NCBI RefSeq assembly: GCF_963921235.1
Contig: NC_086097.1
Location: 139,998,001-140,062,000 of the forward strand
Direction of reading: 5' to 3'
Source: Mobula hypostoma
Lineage: Eukaryota
Length of the DNA: 64,000 bases
A program made the translations under genes and the position numbers. Of this stretch, positions 48,643-61,364 are shown piece after piece. The notes beneath the pieces are model-generated. The model worked only from the letters and a program-made list of their open reading frames with translations, was not told where the DNA came from and did no database searches. Position 1 is the first letter of the stretch. Every line of letters starts with the position of its first letter.

Positions 48643-49033
48643 GTAAGTCACTCTTGAGACGTTTGTCATTAAGTATAGCCCCATACTAGTGAAGGGATCA
48701 TTTCAAAATGTAAACCAGCAGGATATTACAGCACTAGTTTATCAAAATTCATCCACGCACCTGTTCAAATGTGTCAAATTAAGTATGGTATTTCAGGTCT
48801 TGTGGGGAATTTTTCTGCCAGATCCGGTCTCTGGGACTGTAGTTGTTGTATTTTTTTTGTTTATTTAGATTTGGGAGTGGCGTTGAGGGCATTTTGTGAA
48901 TTCAACTTTTAGTGGCATTCAGTTGAAGGCGATTATCCCATCTCTACCTCTTGCCACTACATGGATCTGCAGATAAGCAGTTTATGATCCCTCTGTTCCT
49001 CTACCTTTTTATTATATGACCATATGTTACTTT

Positions 49034-49415
49034 GGGTGCCAGGGTGGAGATATGTCTCTACAAAAGGAGGTGTAAGACCCTCCTTTCCTCTGCTAGCCTG
49101 CCGGTCACCCTTGGGCGAAGTGTAGCACCTGCTTAGCACCCCCCACCCCCGATCAGGGTCACGTGAAGCCGTGGGAGCAGGTAGGAGATGGTCATATGAG
49201 CAGCTGGTGCATATCACAAGTTCTGGTTATGACCACTGATAGCAGGCAATCTCTGAAGAGTATTGATAATGGATGGGGTCACCCACCTTATAAAGACACT
49301 GCCCAGAAGAAGGCAATGGCAACAAACCACTTCTGTAGAAAAATTTGCCAAGAACAATTGTGGTCAAAGACCATGATTGCCCACATCATATGACACAGCA
49401 CATAATGATGTTGAT
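49034..49415 (+). mobile_element. Short non-autonomous RTE-related element or SINE
   Basis: Contains GAAGAAGGCAATGGCAA-CAAACCACTTCTGTAG...TTGCC, similar to the RTE/BovA-type segment, and ends in an ATG-like tail. Confidence 0.5.
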
Positions 49416-49674
49416 ATGTTGCTAGCCAAGGGGTTAAGTTAATGGGACTAACAGTTAAAGATCAGGACCAGTGATCCAGAGACACAAGTTCAAGCTACAC
49501 CTCCAGTACCCCATTAAAAATAGTCTTGACAGCAAGGACTAAACCCTACCTGGTTCACTCCTGTACTTACCCAGTGATCCTGGACCAGTTGGTGTAGTTG
49601 TAATTGGCTCCTCAGTTCAATAGCTATGAGAGTTGTATTAAATGATTGCCTAAATTCCATTGCTTAAAGTTATT

Positions 49675-51104
49675 ATAAGACTGTAAGACATAGGAGCAGA
49701 ATTAGGCCATCTGGCCCATCGAGTTTGCTCCACCATTCAATCATGGTTGATCCTTTTTTTTTTCTCCTCCTCCTCAACCCCAGTTCCTGGCCTTCTCCCT
49801 GTAACCTTTGATGCCGTGTCCAATCAAGATCCTATCAATCTCTGCCATAAATACACCCAACACCCTGGCCTCCACAGCTGCATGTGGTACCATATTCCAC
49901 AAATTCACCACCCCTTGGCTAAAGAAATTTCTCCACATCTCTGTTTTGAAAGGGTGCCCCTCTATCCTAAGGCTGTGCCCTCTTGTCCTAGACTCTCCCA
50001 CCATGGGAAACATCTACTCTGTCTAGGCCTTTGAACATTTGAAAGACTTCAATGAGATCCTCCCTCATTTTTCTGAATTCCAGTGAGTACAGACCCAGAA
50101 TCATCAAACATTCCTTGTATGATAACCCTTTCATTCCTGGAATCATCCTTGTGAACCTCCTCTGGACCCTCTCCAATGCCAGCACATCTTTTCTAAGATG
50201 AGGGGCTTAAAACTGTTCACAGTACTCAAGGTGAGGCCTCACCAGTGCCTCATAAAGCCTCAGCATCACATCCTTGCTCTTGTATTCTCGACCTCTTGAA
50301 ATGAACGCTAACATGGCATTTGCCTTCCTCACCACTGACTCAACCTGCAGGTTAACCTTCATGGTGTTCTGCACAAGGACTTGCAAATCCCTCTGTATCT
50401 CAGATTTTTGGATTTTCTACCCACTTAGGAAATAGTCTGCACATTTATTTCTACTACCAAAGTGTATAACCATGCATTTTCCAACATTGTATTTCATCTG
50501 CCACTTTCTTGCCCATTCTCCCAATCTGTCTAAGTCCTTTTGCATCCTACCTTTTTCCTCAACACTATCTGCCCCTCCACCAATCTTCATATCATCTGCA
50601 AACCTAGCAACAAAGCCATCTATTCCATCATCTAAATCATTTATATACAGCATAAAAACAAGTGGTCCCTGCGGAACACCACAAGTCACTGGCAGCCAAA
50701 CAGAAAAGGATCCTTTTATTCCCACTTGCTGCCTCCTACCCATCAGCCAATGCTCTAATCATGTTAGTAACTTCCTTGTAATCATGGGCTCTTAACTTGG
50801 TAAGCAGTCTCATGTGTGGCACCGTGTCAAAGGCCTTCTGAAAGTCCAAATATTCAACATTCACTGCATCCCCTTTATCTATCCTACTAGTAATCTCCTC
50901 AAAAAATTCCAACAGGTTTGTCAGGCAAGATTTTCCCTTAAGGAAACCATGCTGACTTTTTCCTATCTTTTCCTGGGTCACTAAGTACTCCATAACCTCA
51001 TCCTTAACAATTGACTCCAACATCTTCCCAACCACTGAGGCCGGGCTAACTGGTCTATAATTTCCTTTCTGCTGCCTTCCTCCTTTCTTAAAGAGTGGAG
51101 TGAC
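49675..51104 (-). mobile_element. 5'-truncated CR1 LINE
   Basis: VTPLFKKG, NYRPVS, QHGFLKGKSCLTNL, FADD.K, RTRGHSLRI; tail TCCTATGTCTTACAGTCTTAT. Confidence 0.9.
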
Positions 51105-52056
51105 AGTAAACTGCCTGGCCTGATTTACCCATCCAAACACCTACCTCTTTATCTGAACTGAATTTTATTTCTCATTCCCCTGCCCACTGGGCTTTCCTTG
51201 AGAGCTTGGCCAGCATTGTAATTATTAACTCTCCCCTTAATCATTTTTTAATTACAGGTGTAACTTCTGCAGTCCTGCAGTACAACATTGGTCAGCCAGA
51301 TTTGTTAAATACAAACTGAAATGCTGGAAGCACCTAGTCAGTCAGGGAAATGTTTAGAGTCAATATATCTTCCTCAGGATAGATCTGTAAAATGATGGTC
51401 AGAGCCTGTTATTCATGTTGGTGGTTTAGCTGCCTTTAGTATTCCATTTCTTTATTTATCATCCCTAGTATTTCACCCTCATCTTCAATACAATGTCTGT
51501 AATGCAAATGGATTTTCCTTCATCTTTCAGCCCAGGACTCTCAGGATGTATGTTTTTTTTTGCTTTAACTTTCTTTCCCCTTACATCAATGACAAGATAG
51601 CTTTGGAAGCTTCGCAGAAATGGTATTTGATCTGAGTCTTCCTCGTAAACTTCACATAACCCTGACTGTTTATTCCCAACTAACACTATGTGCAACTGGC
51701 TTAGCCCCATTTAAGAACTTCTGCTCCATTTTTCAAGTAACAATGCGAAGTCTGCTGCTAAAGTTCTCCTGATCACATCTCGTCCAGCTGCCACCCTGTG
51801 AAATGGATCTCGGTATCGCATTGCCAACTGCCTCATAAGGTTCTGCTATAATGCGCTAATGATGTTTTGCTCAGTTCTACAGATTCCTTAATACACCAGT
51901 TCCAAAGATTACTGTGTTTTGCTTTTGCCTTTAATGTAGTTGCATGATATTTCCATTTCTCTGTAGTGGAGCTGGGTGAAATTAGTGATTTATCTGCCGG
52001 GTTAGAGTCCAAACAAAAGCAGCTGCTCAGTAGCCAAAGGCAAATTATTTTAAGAG

Positions 52057-52202
52057 TAACACACAAAATGCTGGAGGAACTCAGCAGGTCAGGCAGCATC
52101 TGTAGAAAGGAATATAGACTTGATATTTCGGCCATATCATTCCTTCGGCATTTTGTGTGTGTGTTATTCTGTATTTCCAACACCAGCAAAATCTCTTGTG
52201 CA
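52057..52202. mobile_element. Short palindromic PLE-terminus element
   Basis: Starts AACACACAAAATGCTGGAGGAACTCAGCAGG (reverse tail) and continues TTCCTTCGGCATTTTGTGTGTGTT...TTTCCAACACCAGCAAAATCTCTTGTG (forward tail). Confidence 0.65.
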
Positions 52203-52591
52203 AATTACTTTAAACATAATTTTGCTGCTACCTGTTAATGCAGTCTTTGTGTACCCCAACCAGGATGGAAAAGGGAAGCTATGGAAATGTAGAAACTGGA
52301 ACAGGGGCCTGGCTTAGTGCTTTAATCAGTCGTGTGGTGCGAGGTGGTCACTGTAAACAGTTTTCCTGGGATGTTAGTGCCGAATACACAGAGAGAGCAG
52401 TCAGCAGCAATAACAGGAACATCAGTTGTCATCCTTTTTCAAGGCATCTGTAACACTCATGCGTTTATATGTGACTTAATGATTTAACTAGATTTCATTG
52501 TATTTTAAATAGAATAACTAGCCACCAATAATAGATATGTAATTATAAAAAGTTGGTCTTCTCATCAATAAAACATTCAATCTTCCCTCAG

Positions 52592-52691
52592 ATGCTGTGT
52601 TTGCTGGGGCAATGCCCACAATGGCAAGCATCAAGTTATCTACTGGACGGCCCATTGTAAATCATCCACACTATGAAGATTCAGGTCTGAG
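52592..52691 (+). CDS. DPY19L1: DPY19L1 exon ([34 protein letters not shown]), 100 nt
   Basis: cag acceptor and AG|gtgggt donor, phase 1 to 2; invariant AVFAG and NHPHYE motifs. Confidence 0.95.
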
Positions 52692-53736
52692 GTGGGTGAT
52701 AGCTCTGTTCACAGAGATGTCTACAGCTGGTTGGTTTAGGCAGCTTTTTCAATGTCTTGTGTTTTCAAATATTCATTGTTTAAAGGGCTATTTTAAATAT
52801 CAACAATTTCAGTTATTAAGGGGAATAGAAAATACTTCGAACATTTTGTTAAAGAATAACACTTTGTAGGCAAATGGTCCTATTTTCAGCTGAATGGTGA
52901 CCTACAGAATTTTAACTATACCTTGTATCCTCTTGATTTCTCCCTTGGTTTCGATAACTTTCCATTTCCCCAGTTCATTGGGTGTTACCCCCTCCTTCCA
53001 AAATAGCTCCCAGAAAGAGAAGCTGTTACCAAGGCAGCTGGTTAGCTGGGTATTGCCTTCCTTGGCCTAACCCCCTTCACTCATCTGATATTGGCTGTCT
53101 CCTGTTTTGTTATTGCTGGCCTGCTCCAAAGAAGAGACTCTATCTGAGTCTGTCAGTCTGACCTGATGCTGATCTCGGTAGCTGACCTGGAGAACCCTGG
53201 TGTTGACAATGAAACATATTGTCACTTATTGTCCATTCATTGTTTATCCTTGCTCTCCTTACTGAATTATTGACACCTTCCCACTACATTGATGGGTCAG
53301 ACTAGAATAATGTCTCTTCATACTACACAGTCGCTCTACACTGATACTCGTGCTACCTTCCGTTGCTGTCAGTAGGGTCACACTTCCTGACATGATGGTT
53401 GTTTTCCGAACCCTCCACCAGCCTCTTGCCCTCTCCTCCCTGTCATGTAAATCCTTGAATTCAAGTGTTCTTACTTGTTGGCATACTGCAGAGTGTTACT
53501 GGTACCCCTTCACTTTTCCTACCCTAGCAATCACTTCCCTGTCCCACCCTCGATTACTGTGGATCACTGATCTGCTGATATTTTGAGTGCTGTGCTTCGC
53601 CTTTCTTCTCTGAAGTGTACCCTTTCAACCATTTAACCCTAACCAAATCCTCATTCCTGAAGTATCCCCCCCCTAAACAGCTCCCCCACTTCCCATCCCT
53701 AAAGCCAAACCAACATCTTCGTCTCTTTTCACACAG

Positions 53737-53862
53737 ACAAAGAACAAAACAGGTGTATGCAATGTACAGTCGGAAGTCAGCAGAGGAGGTGAAGAACGGG
53801 CTGCTTCGCATGGGAGTAGATTATTTTATTTTTGAAGATTCTTGGTGTTTGAGAAAAACAAG
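53737..53862 (+). CDS. DPY19L1: DPY19L1 exon (QRTKQVYAMYSRKSAEEVK...EDSWCLRKTR), 126 nt
   Basis: cag acceptor and AG|gtgcgt donor, phase 2 to 2; RTK.VY.MYSRK.AEEVK motif. Confidence 0.95.
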
Positions 53863-54384
53863 GTGCGTATGATTTTAAAGCTTTAATAGATCTCTGATCT
53901 GAGTTGCCATCAAGTCCTTCATACATGCTAATTATTCCTCATTGCTTCAGTCTTTGTGTCATTGAGGAAAATCCTGGTTCAGTGCAGACTTGAACAGACT
54001 CCCTCCTTCGTCTTTGTTTGAAACATTCAGATTAATGAATGATATCCCTTCTGTAATGCCAATGAAGTTTTTATTTAAGAATTCCATAGATGAGCTATTG
54101 TATTGCAGAATCCCTCAACTCTCTTATGACCAGTGTGCCCTGTTGAGCTTGGATATTCAGGCAATGGAGAGCATCCTCAATATTGTTGCTGGGTCTGTCT
54201 TTGTGGAACTGAGTCAGCCTCTGTTTAGTCCAGTAGCTACTCAGTTGGTCCATTCACTGCTTCTCAGTGGGGGCTGCATATTGAAACCAAGTCCCTTTAA
54301 CTTGGTAGACCTTTGCCATTTTTGTTCTGCTGATTTTAGAATTAGCAGACATTTTTCAATATAATTACTGTTATGAGCAAGCTA

Positions 54385-55186
54385 AAAGCAGGTCAGGCAG
54401 CATCTGTGGAGGGAAACAAACAGTCAACATTTCAGGTCAACACCCTTTATCTGCACTGAGTAGAGGGGAGATAGCTGGTATAAAGAGGTGAGGAGAGGGC
54501 TGGCAGATGATAGGTGGGTCAAGTGAGGGGGAGTGAAAGATGAGCGAGGGAAGTGGAAACAACGACAGAAGCTGGGAGGTGACATTGGGCTGAAGATGAT
54601 GGAAAGGAAGGTGGAACTTGAAACAAGTAGAAGAGGGCCCTTGTGGAAGAGGTATGTGGATGCTCGGCTGATGAGTGGATAGAGAAGGGTAGTGGTGAGG
54701 GCTGGGTTGGATGTAGGGTGAATCAGGAGAGACACACAAAGGGAACAGTTTACCTGAAATTGGAGAATTCCGTGTTCATGCCATCCAGTTGTAGGCTACC
54801 CATGGATTATGAGGTGGGCATTATAGGAACACCACCTCATTCCTCCTGAGTAGTCTATATGCTGATGGTATATATTGAATTCTCCAATTTAATATAACCT
54901 GCTTTCCCTCTCTCTCAGCAGTTGCCCCACCCACTCCATCTTACACCACTGGGTCCCCTCCTCCATCTGGATCCATGCTCCACCTTCCTTTCCTATTAGA
55001 TTCTGTCATCTGCAGCCCATGGTTTCATCCACCTATCACCTCCCAATTCCCAATCATCGCTTCTCCTCCTGCCTAACACCCCTCCTTACCTAGATCCACC
55101 AGTCACTTTCAGATTCTAGCTCCAAGGCTTCCCTCCACCTCTTTATATTGCCATCTCCCCCTCTACCTGTTCAGTCCAGATGAAAC
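54385..55186. mobile_element. Two old PLE 3' ends arranged head-to-head (54385-54818 on -, about 54828-55186 on +)
   Basis: Both arms carry the GIY-YIG C-terminus (HLI..GSLQ.DGMN.EFSNF), a pyrimidine-rich UTR and a decayed hammerhead region. Confidence 0.7.
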
Positions 55187-55237
55187 TAATACAAGCCTGT
55201 GCTTCAGCTTCATTGGACTGCTTCCTCTCACCCATAG

Positions 55238-55406
55238 AGAAGGCTGCAGTATGCCAGAAATTTGGGATGTGGAAGATGTGGAAAATGCAAAGAAAACTCC
55301 TTTGTGCTCCATGGTTTCTCAGTCGCCGACTCCACACTTCATCCCAGTCTTTCAGAACGATGTTTACAAAGTGTTAAAGATGAAGAAAACTGTCAGCTGG
55401 ACATAA
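55238..55406 (+). CDS. DPY19L1: DPY19L1 last coding exon (EGCSMPEIWDVED...PHFIPVFQNDVYKVLKMKKTVSWT*)
   Basis: tag acceptor; GCSMPEIWDVED and VFQN.VYKVL motifs; TAA at 55404-55406. Not present in the supplied ORF track in this frame. Confidence 0.95.
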
Positions 55407-55583
55407 AGGACAGAGATGGTTAAGCATTGCTGTGCTTAAAGGGCGTCCAAATTTCTTGTATCGATGGCAACAGGAAGTATGATTGAACATGAGAACAAAT
55501 GTAGAAATATGATCTTCGTAATAGTTCCTTTATAAGAGGTATTTTCATGTCTTTATGGAGTTAATGCATATGTGATTATTTTC

Positions 55584-55604
55584 AATAAAGATTTTGTGAA
55601 TAAA
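55584..55604 (+). promoter_or_regulatory. Tandem AATAAA polyadenylation signals, probably for DPY19L1
   Basis: AATAAA at 55584-55589 and 55599-55604, about 180 nt after the stop, followed by T/GT-rich sequence. Confidence 0.6.
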
Positions 55605-56459
55605 AATTCAGCTTCGGTTATATTTTGAACTTTGAGAATATTCCTAGTTGTCACATTTACATTGTTGCTGTTCTCTGATAGACACTGGAGGCCTTTGCTG
55701 GCAGGTACATCTATACATTCATAACATACTGGAAGAGGGCAGCTTCTTCCTAGGACTAATGCAGAGGACAACAGTATAAAGGAATAAAACTTGTTGCCTA
55801 CTCCCCCCCCCCCACACATACCAGGATGACAGCTAATCTCAGCAGCTGTCTGGAGTCATAAAAGTCACCCATTTGTTTGGAAACACCCAAGGGTGTTGGG
55901 TAGGAAGCAACTCTGGTCCAAAGGTGCAGCCATTCTGTGGGGCAGTGACACTGGGGTAGCTCATAGTCCGTGCCCTACTTCCTGGTCACGTCTCCACCTG
56001 GAGCATCACAAGAGAACCAGTTCAATTGGCCCAAGGCCAGGCACCTTTGCTTTCTGCTTCAGCTGAGAAAAAGAAGTTGAATAACTCGTCCTGCAGCTGA
56101 GGAAGAGGATGACACTGGAAATCCCTGCTGAGTTCATCCATTCACTCTTAAACCAGCAAACTCTTCAGCGCACACACAGAAGCAAGGGAGGTGTGTTTTT
56201 AGAGTACTAAAATGCATAGAATACTAAAATAAATCATTCCATTTGATCTTGTATTAATTTAAGGTTTCAGTTTGCTTGTGTACATGGCACACTTTTTCAC
56301 ATATACTGTCCAATGGCGTACTCTCCGTGCGCTCATTCCAGAAAAAAACAGCATGCTCCTTTGTTCCCTTCTTGTCTGTGTTGGAGATGCAGTGTGGGTT
56401 TCGGCTGCCCCAGATTTGCGTTCTGATTACCTTATTTACCTCATGGATTCTTGGGCTGT

Positions 56460-56638
56460 TCACCGGGGGCACAAGGATGGCTTGATGCACTGTCCTCTGT
56501 GAAGCACCAAGTTTGCAGGGCAGTGGCAGCCTGCCACACATGGCTTATTGCAAGGGCCGATTTCATTCCAGTTTTCACAGGTCTTCGGACAGCCTGGTCC
56601 GCACGTGTTGTACACAGCGCCGTGCTTACACTGAGTCG
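56460..56638 (-). CDS. BMPER: BMPER last coding exon, TIL domain ((A)[58 protein letters not shown])
   Basis: ccttgcag acceptor, phase 1 matching the previous exon, TGA at 56462-56460. Near-identical to the mammalian BMPER C-terminus. Missed by the ORF track. Confidence 0.95.
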
Positions 56639-57679
56639 CTGCAAGGAGATAGAGCCTGGGTTAAAAAACAGTAAACACGATGATCCTGCGGCAGTGGGTC
56701 TTTCCCAATTTCTGCTGGCTGTATTCACCCCTTGGACGATAGTTATACTTGACAATTAAAAACCCAGAGGACAATGAAGGAGTTTGTATCTAAGGGTTGC
56801 CCTTGCACTTCTGCTTGTGTCCTTCAGTGGCAGCAGGTAAGGGAACAGTGGCCAAGCCTTAAATACCACCCAACACTCCAGCACAGCCTACACCCACAGC
56901 AGCAGGCAAGGGACCTGAGCCGGCACAAGGCAATGGTAACTAACTGATTGATGGAATTTTCTTTTTGAATTCTGATTGGTCAAGGGTTTAAAATGGCACA
57001 GTAGTGAGCAAGATACAAGATCAAAGTAAATAGTCCTGTGATTAGGCTAATGTTAAATAGGTAGGTTGATGGCGGTGCAGCTTGCTGGGCTGGAAGGGCC
57101 TGTTCCACACACTATCTGTTCATTAATTAATTAAGGAAGATACCTGATCAGTGTTATGAAGGCAGTAGATGGTGATGTGGAATTGGTTTGAATTGAAATC
57201 ATGAGCATAAATTAGGAAATGTGGGCATGTTTGAAGGTAACTACAATTATCATGGGAGATATTAATGTACATATTGATGGGATGAACCGAACTGACAAAG
57301 GTGTCATAGAAATTATTGGAATGCATGAGCAATGCATTGCAGAGTCTATCTAAATCCAGATTTGGTCTATGGAAAGAGGAAGGAATACTAAGGCACCTTG
57401 TGGTTAAAGATTCCCTATGGGGCTGGTGACCACAATGTAATAGGATTCCAGGTACAGTCTGAGGATGTACACCATAGGTCCATAACCAATGTCTCCAATC
57501 AAAATTAGGATAATTATAATGGCACGAGGGAATTGTCTAAGGTAGACTGCGTAAACAAGCTCTGAGAGGAACTGTGGCAGATATACTAATGACCGGTCTG
57601 TGATGCTGAGCAAGAGTTTATCCCCATTATAAAGACGAATTTTATTGAAGTGCTCCAAGCAGTAGTTCCATAGAGACCA

Positions 57680-60600
57680 TGTTATGGAACTGGAGCTGCA
57701 GCTTGATGATGTCAGCTCATAGGGGCAAATGCAGAGGCCATAGATAAGAGCTACATGGAGGTAGTCACGCCCAAGTTTCAGGAGGCAGGTACCTGAGTGA
57801 CTCTCAAGAGAGCAAATTTAAATAGGCAGCAAAAGAAAATAAGTGTACCACTTGGATAAAGTTGGGGTGGGGGGTGGGGTGATGGAGAACCTATCAGGGG
57901 AAACCATAGTGACCAGGGGTGTCTGGCACTGTGGTTCAGAAGAGAAGAGCTGATTCCATAATTAAAGGAGCAGAAAGCAGATAGTATGCTGTCTCCCAGG
58001 TGCTAGGGTCAGGGATGTCTCAGAAAGGGTCCACGACATTCTAAAGGAGGAGGGTGAACAGCTGGAAGTCGTGGTACATAATGGTGCCAACAACACAGGT
58101 AGAAAAAGGCAGGAGTTTCTAAAGATAGAATATAGAGTGTTAGGTATAAAGTTGAAAACAGGACCTCCAGGGTAGTAACCTCTTGACTGCTCCCTGTGCC
58201 ACGTGCCAGTGAAGGCAAGAATAGGATGATTTGGCATGATAATGCATGGCTGAAGAATTGGGGCAGGGGGCAGGGTTTCAGATTTCAGGATCATTGGGAT
58301 CTCATCTAGGGAAGATGTGATCTGTAGAAAAGGACAGGTTACACCTCAACCCAAGGGAAACCAATATCCTTGCCGGCAGGTTTGCTAGAGCTGTTGGAGA
58401 GGGTTTAAACTAATTTGGCAAGGGGATGGGAACCAGGGTGATAGGGCTGAGGATGGGAAGTTTGTTATACAACTAAATGCAGTGTGTAATGGGACTGAGA
58501 GGAAGGACAAGCAAATTGCAGTCAGTGGGATGAGCTGAAGTGTAACTTGGGGGCCAAAATCTAAAAGGATGATGAACACAGGTCTGAAGGTGCTATATTT
58601 AAATACACACAGTATACGGAATAAGGTGAATAATCCTGAGACGCAGTTAGAGATTTGCAGGTATAATGTTGTGGGCCATCTCTGAGTCATGGCTGAAAGA
58701 AGAACATAGTTGGGGGCTTATCATCCAAGGATGCACATTGTATCGAAACGACAGGAAGAGAGGCAGAGGGGGTGGGGTGGCTCTTTTGGTAAAAATGAAA
58801 TCAAATCTTTAGAAAGAGGTGACATAGGATCAGAAGATGTAGAATCCTCGTGGGTAGAGTTAAGAAACTGCAAGAGTAAAAGGACCCTGATGTGAGTTAT
58901 ATACAGGTTTCCAAACAATAACCAGGATGTGGGCTACAAATTACAATGGAAAATAGAAAAAGAATGTAAAAAGCACAATATTGCAATAATGATGGGGATT
59001 TCAATATGCAGGTAAATTGGGAAAATCAGAATGGTGCTGGATCCCAAGAGAGGGTAGTAGTAGGACACCTACAAGATGACTTTTTAAGAACAGCTTGAGG
59101 TGGAGCCCTCCAGGGGGAACAGCATTTCTGGATTGGGTGTTATGTAATGACCCAGATTTGATCAGGGAGCTTAAGGTGAATGAACCCATCGGAGCCAGTG
59201 ATCATAATATGATAGAACTCGCCCAGCACGTTGAGGAGGAGAAGTTAAAATTGGATGTATCAGTATTACAGTGCAGTAAAGGAAATTACAGAGGCATGAG
59301 AGAGGAGCTGGCTAAAGTTGATTGGAAGGGGACACTAGCAGGGATGATGGCAAAACAGCAATGACTGGTGTGTCTGCAAGAAATTCAGAAGGCAAAGGAA
59401 AGATGAAGAAGTATCCTAAAGGGAGGATGAGGAATCATGGCTGACAAGGGGAGTCAAAGACAGCATAAAGGCAAAAGAGAGGGCATATAATATTGCAAAA
59501 ATTAGTGGGAAGGTAGAGGTTTGGAAAGCTTTTAAAAACCAGCAGAAGGCAATTTTAAAAGCTGTAAAGAGAGAAAAGATGTCACATGATGGTAACTTAG
59601 TCTATAATATAAAAATGTTTTAAACGTTTTTTTTTCAGATAGTAAAAGAGACAAGAGTGGATATCAGATCGCTGGAAAATCAAACTGGAGGGGTAGTAAT
59701 GGGGGACAAACTTAATTGGTATTTTGCATCAGTCTTCACTGGGAAATACAAGAGTGCCAGGGGACAAAAGTGAGTATCGTTGCTATTACTTCGGAGATGT
59801 TTGGGAAGCTGAAAAATCAGGAGGTAGATAAGTCACCTGGACCAGATGGACTATACCCCAGGGTTCTGAAAGAGGTAGCTGAATAGATCGTGGAAGCATT
59901 AGAAATGATATTTCAAGAATCACTGAATTCTGGAATGGTTCCAGAGGACTGAAAACAGCAAATGTCACTTCATTCTTTCCGAAGGGGGGGAGGGAGAAGA
60001 AAGGCAATTATAGGCCTGTTAGGCTGACTTCAGTGGTTGGAAAGATGATGGGAGTCTATTATTAAGGATGAGGTTTCGGGTTACTTTGCGGCATGTGATA
60101 GAACGGGCAAAAGTCAGCATGCTTTTCTAAAAGGGACATTTTGCCTGATCAATCTGTTGGAATTCTTTGAAGAAATATCAGACAGGATAGACAAAGGAGA
60201 GTCAGTGAATGTTATCTATTTGGTTGTTCAGAAGGCTTTTGACAAGTTGCTGCACATGAGGCTGCTTTACAAGATGAGAGCTCGTGGTACTACAGGGAAG
60301 ATACCCACATGGATAGAAGATTGGCTGACTAGCAGGACTGGGAATAAAGGGGGTGTGTACTGTCTGGCTGCCACTGACTAGTGGTGTGCCACAGAGGTCA
60401 GTGTTAGAACCGCTTCTTTTCATGTTGTGTGTCAATAATTTGGAAAGGCACAATGATGTGTTAATGGTCTGAATGATGGAATTAGTGGTTTTGTGGACAA
60501 CACTAAGATAGGTGGGGGGCAGGTAGTGTTGAGGGATCAGGGTGTGTGCAGTAGGACTTAGGCAGACTGGGGAAATGGGCAAAGAAGTGGCAGGTGGAAT

Positions 60601-61362
60601 ATTGTGTAGGAAATTGTATGGTTATGTTTAAACAGTGGTGGAAAGAGTAAAGGCAAGGGTTATTTTCTGAATGTGAAGAAAATTCAAAGATCAGAGGTAC
60701 AAAGGGGCTTGGGAGTTCTCGTGCAGGATTCCCTAAAGGTTAACTTGCAGGTTGAGTAGGTGGTAAGGAAGGGAAATGCAATTTTACCATTCATTTTGAG
60801 AGGACTAGAATATAAAAGCAAGGATGTAATGCTGAGGCTTTATAAGGCATTGGTCAGACTTCACTTGGAGTCTTGTGAGCAGTTTTGGGCCCCTATCTAA
60901 GAAAAGATGTGCTGGCATTGGAGAGGGTCCAAGGAGGTTGGTGGAATGATCCCAGGAATGAAAGGGTTAACATATGAGGTGTGTTTGATGGCTCTGGGCC
61001 CATAATCACTGCAGTTTGTAAGATGGAGCGAGTGGGGATTTCACTGAAAACTATCAAATATTGAAAGGCCAAGTCAGAGTGGATGTGGAGACGATGTTTC
61101 CTATAGTGGGGGAGTCTAGGACCAGAGGGCACAGCCTCAGAAACAGAACAGAGATGAGGACATTTTCTTTTTAATCAGAGGGTGGTGAATCAGGAATTCA
61201 TTACCACAGATAGAAGTGCAGGCCAAGTCATTGGCTATATTTAAGGCAGAGGTTAATAGGTTTTTGATTATCAGGGCATCAAAGGTACAGGGAGAAGACA
61301 GGAGAATGGGGTTGAGGAGGGTAATGAATCAGTCATGGTGGAATGGCCTAATGCTACTCCTA
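57680..61362 (+). mobile_element. Near full-length decayed CR1 LINE (ORF1 and ORF2) in the last BMPER intron
   Basis: ELELQLDD, EVVTP, VCCLPGARVRDV, LHLNPR.TNILAGRF...EGLN* (ORF1). TTTAAAC junction at 58404-58410. APE and RT remnants. Confidence 0.88.
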
Positions 61363-61364
61363 CA

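Noticed and set aside
53990..54364. 124-aa ORF in the last DPY19L1 intron
   Set aside because: No recognisable motif, non-ATG start, and the flanking exons already join in frame without it.
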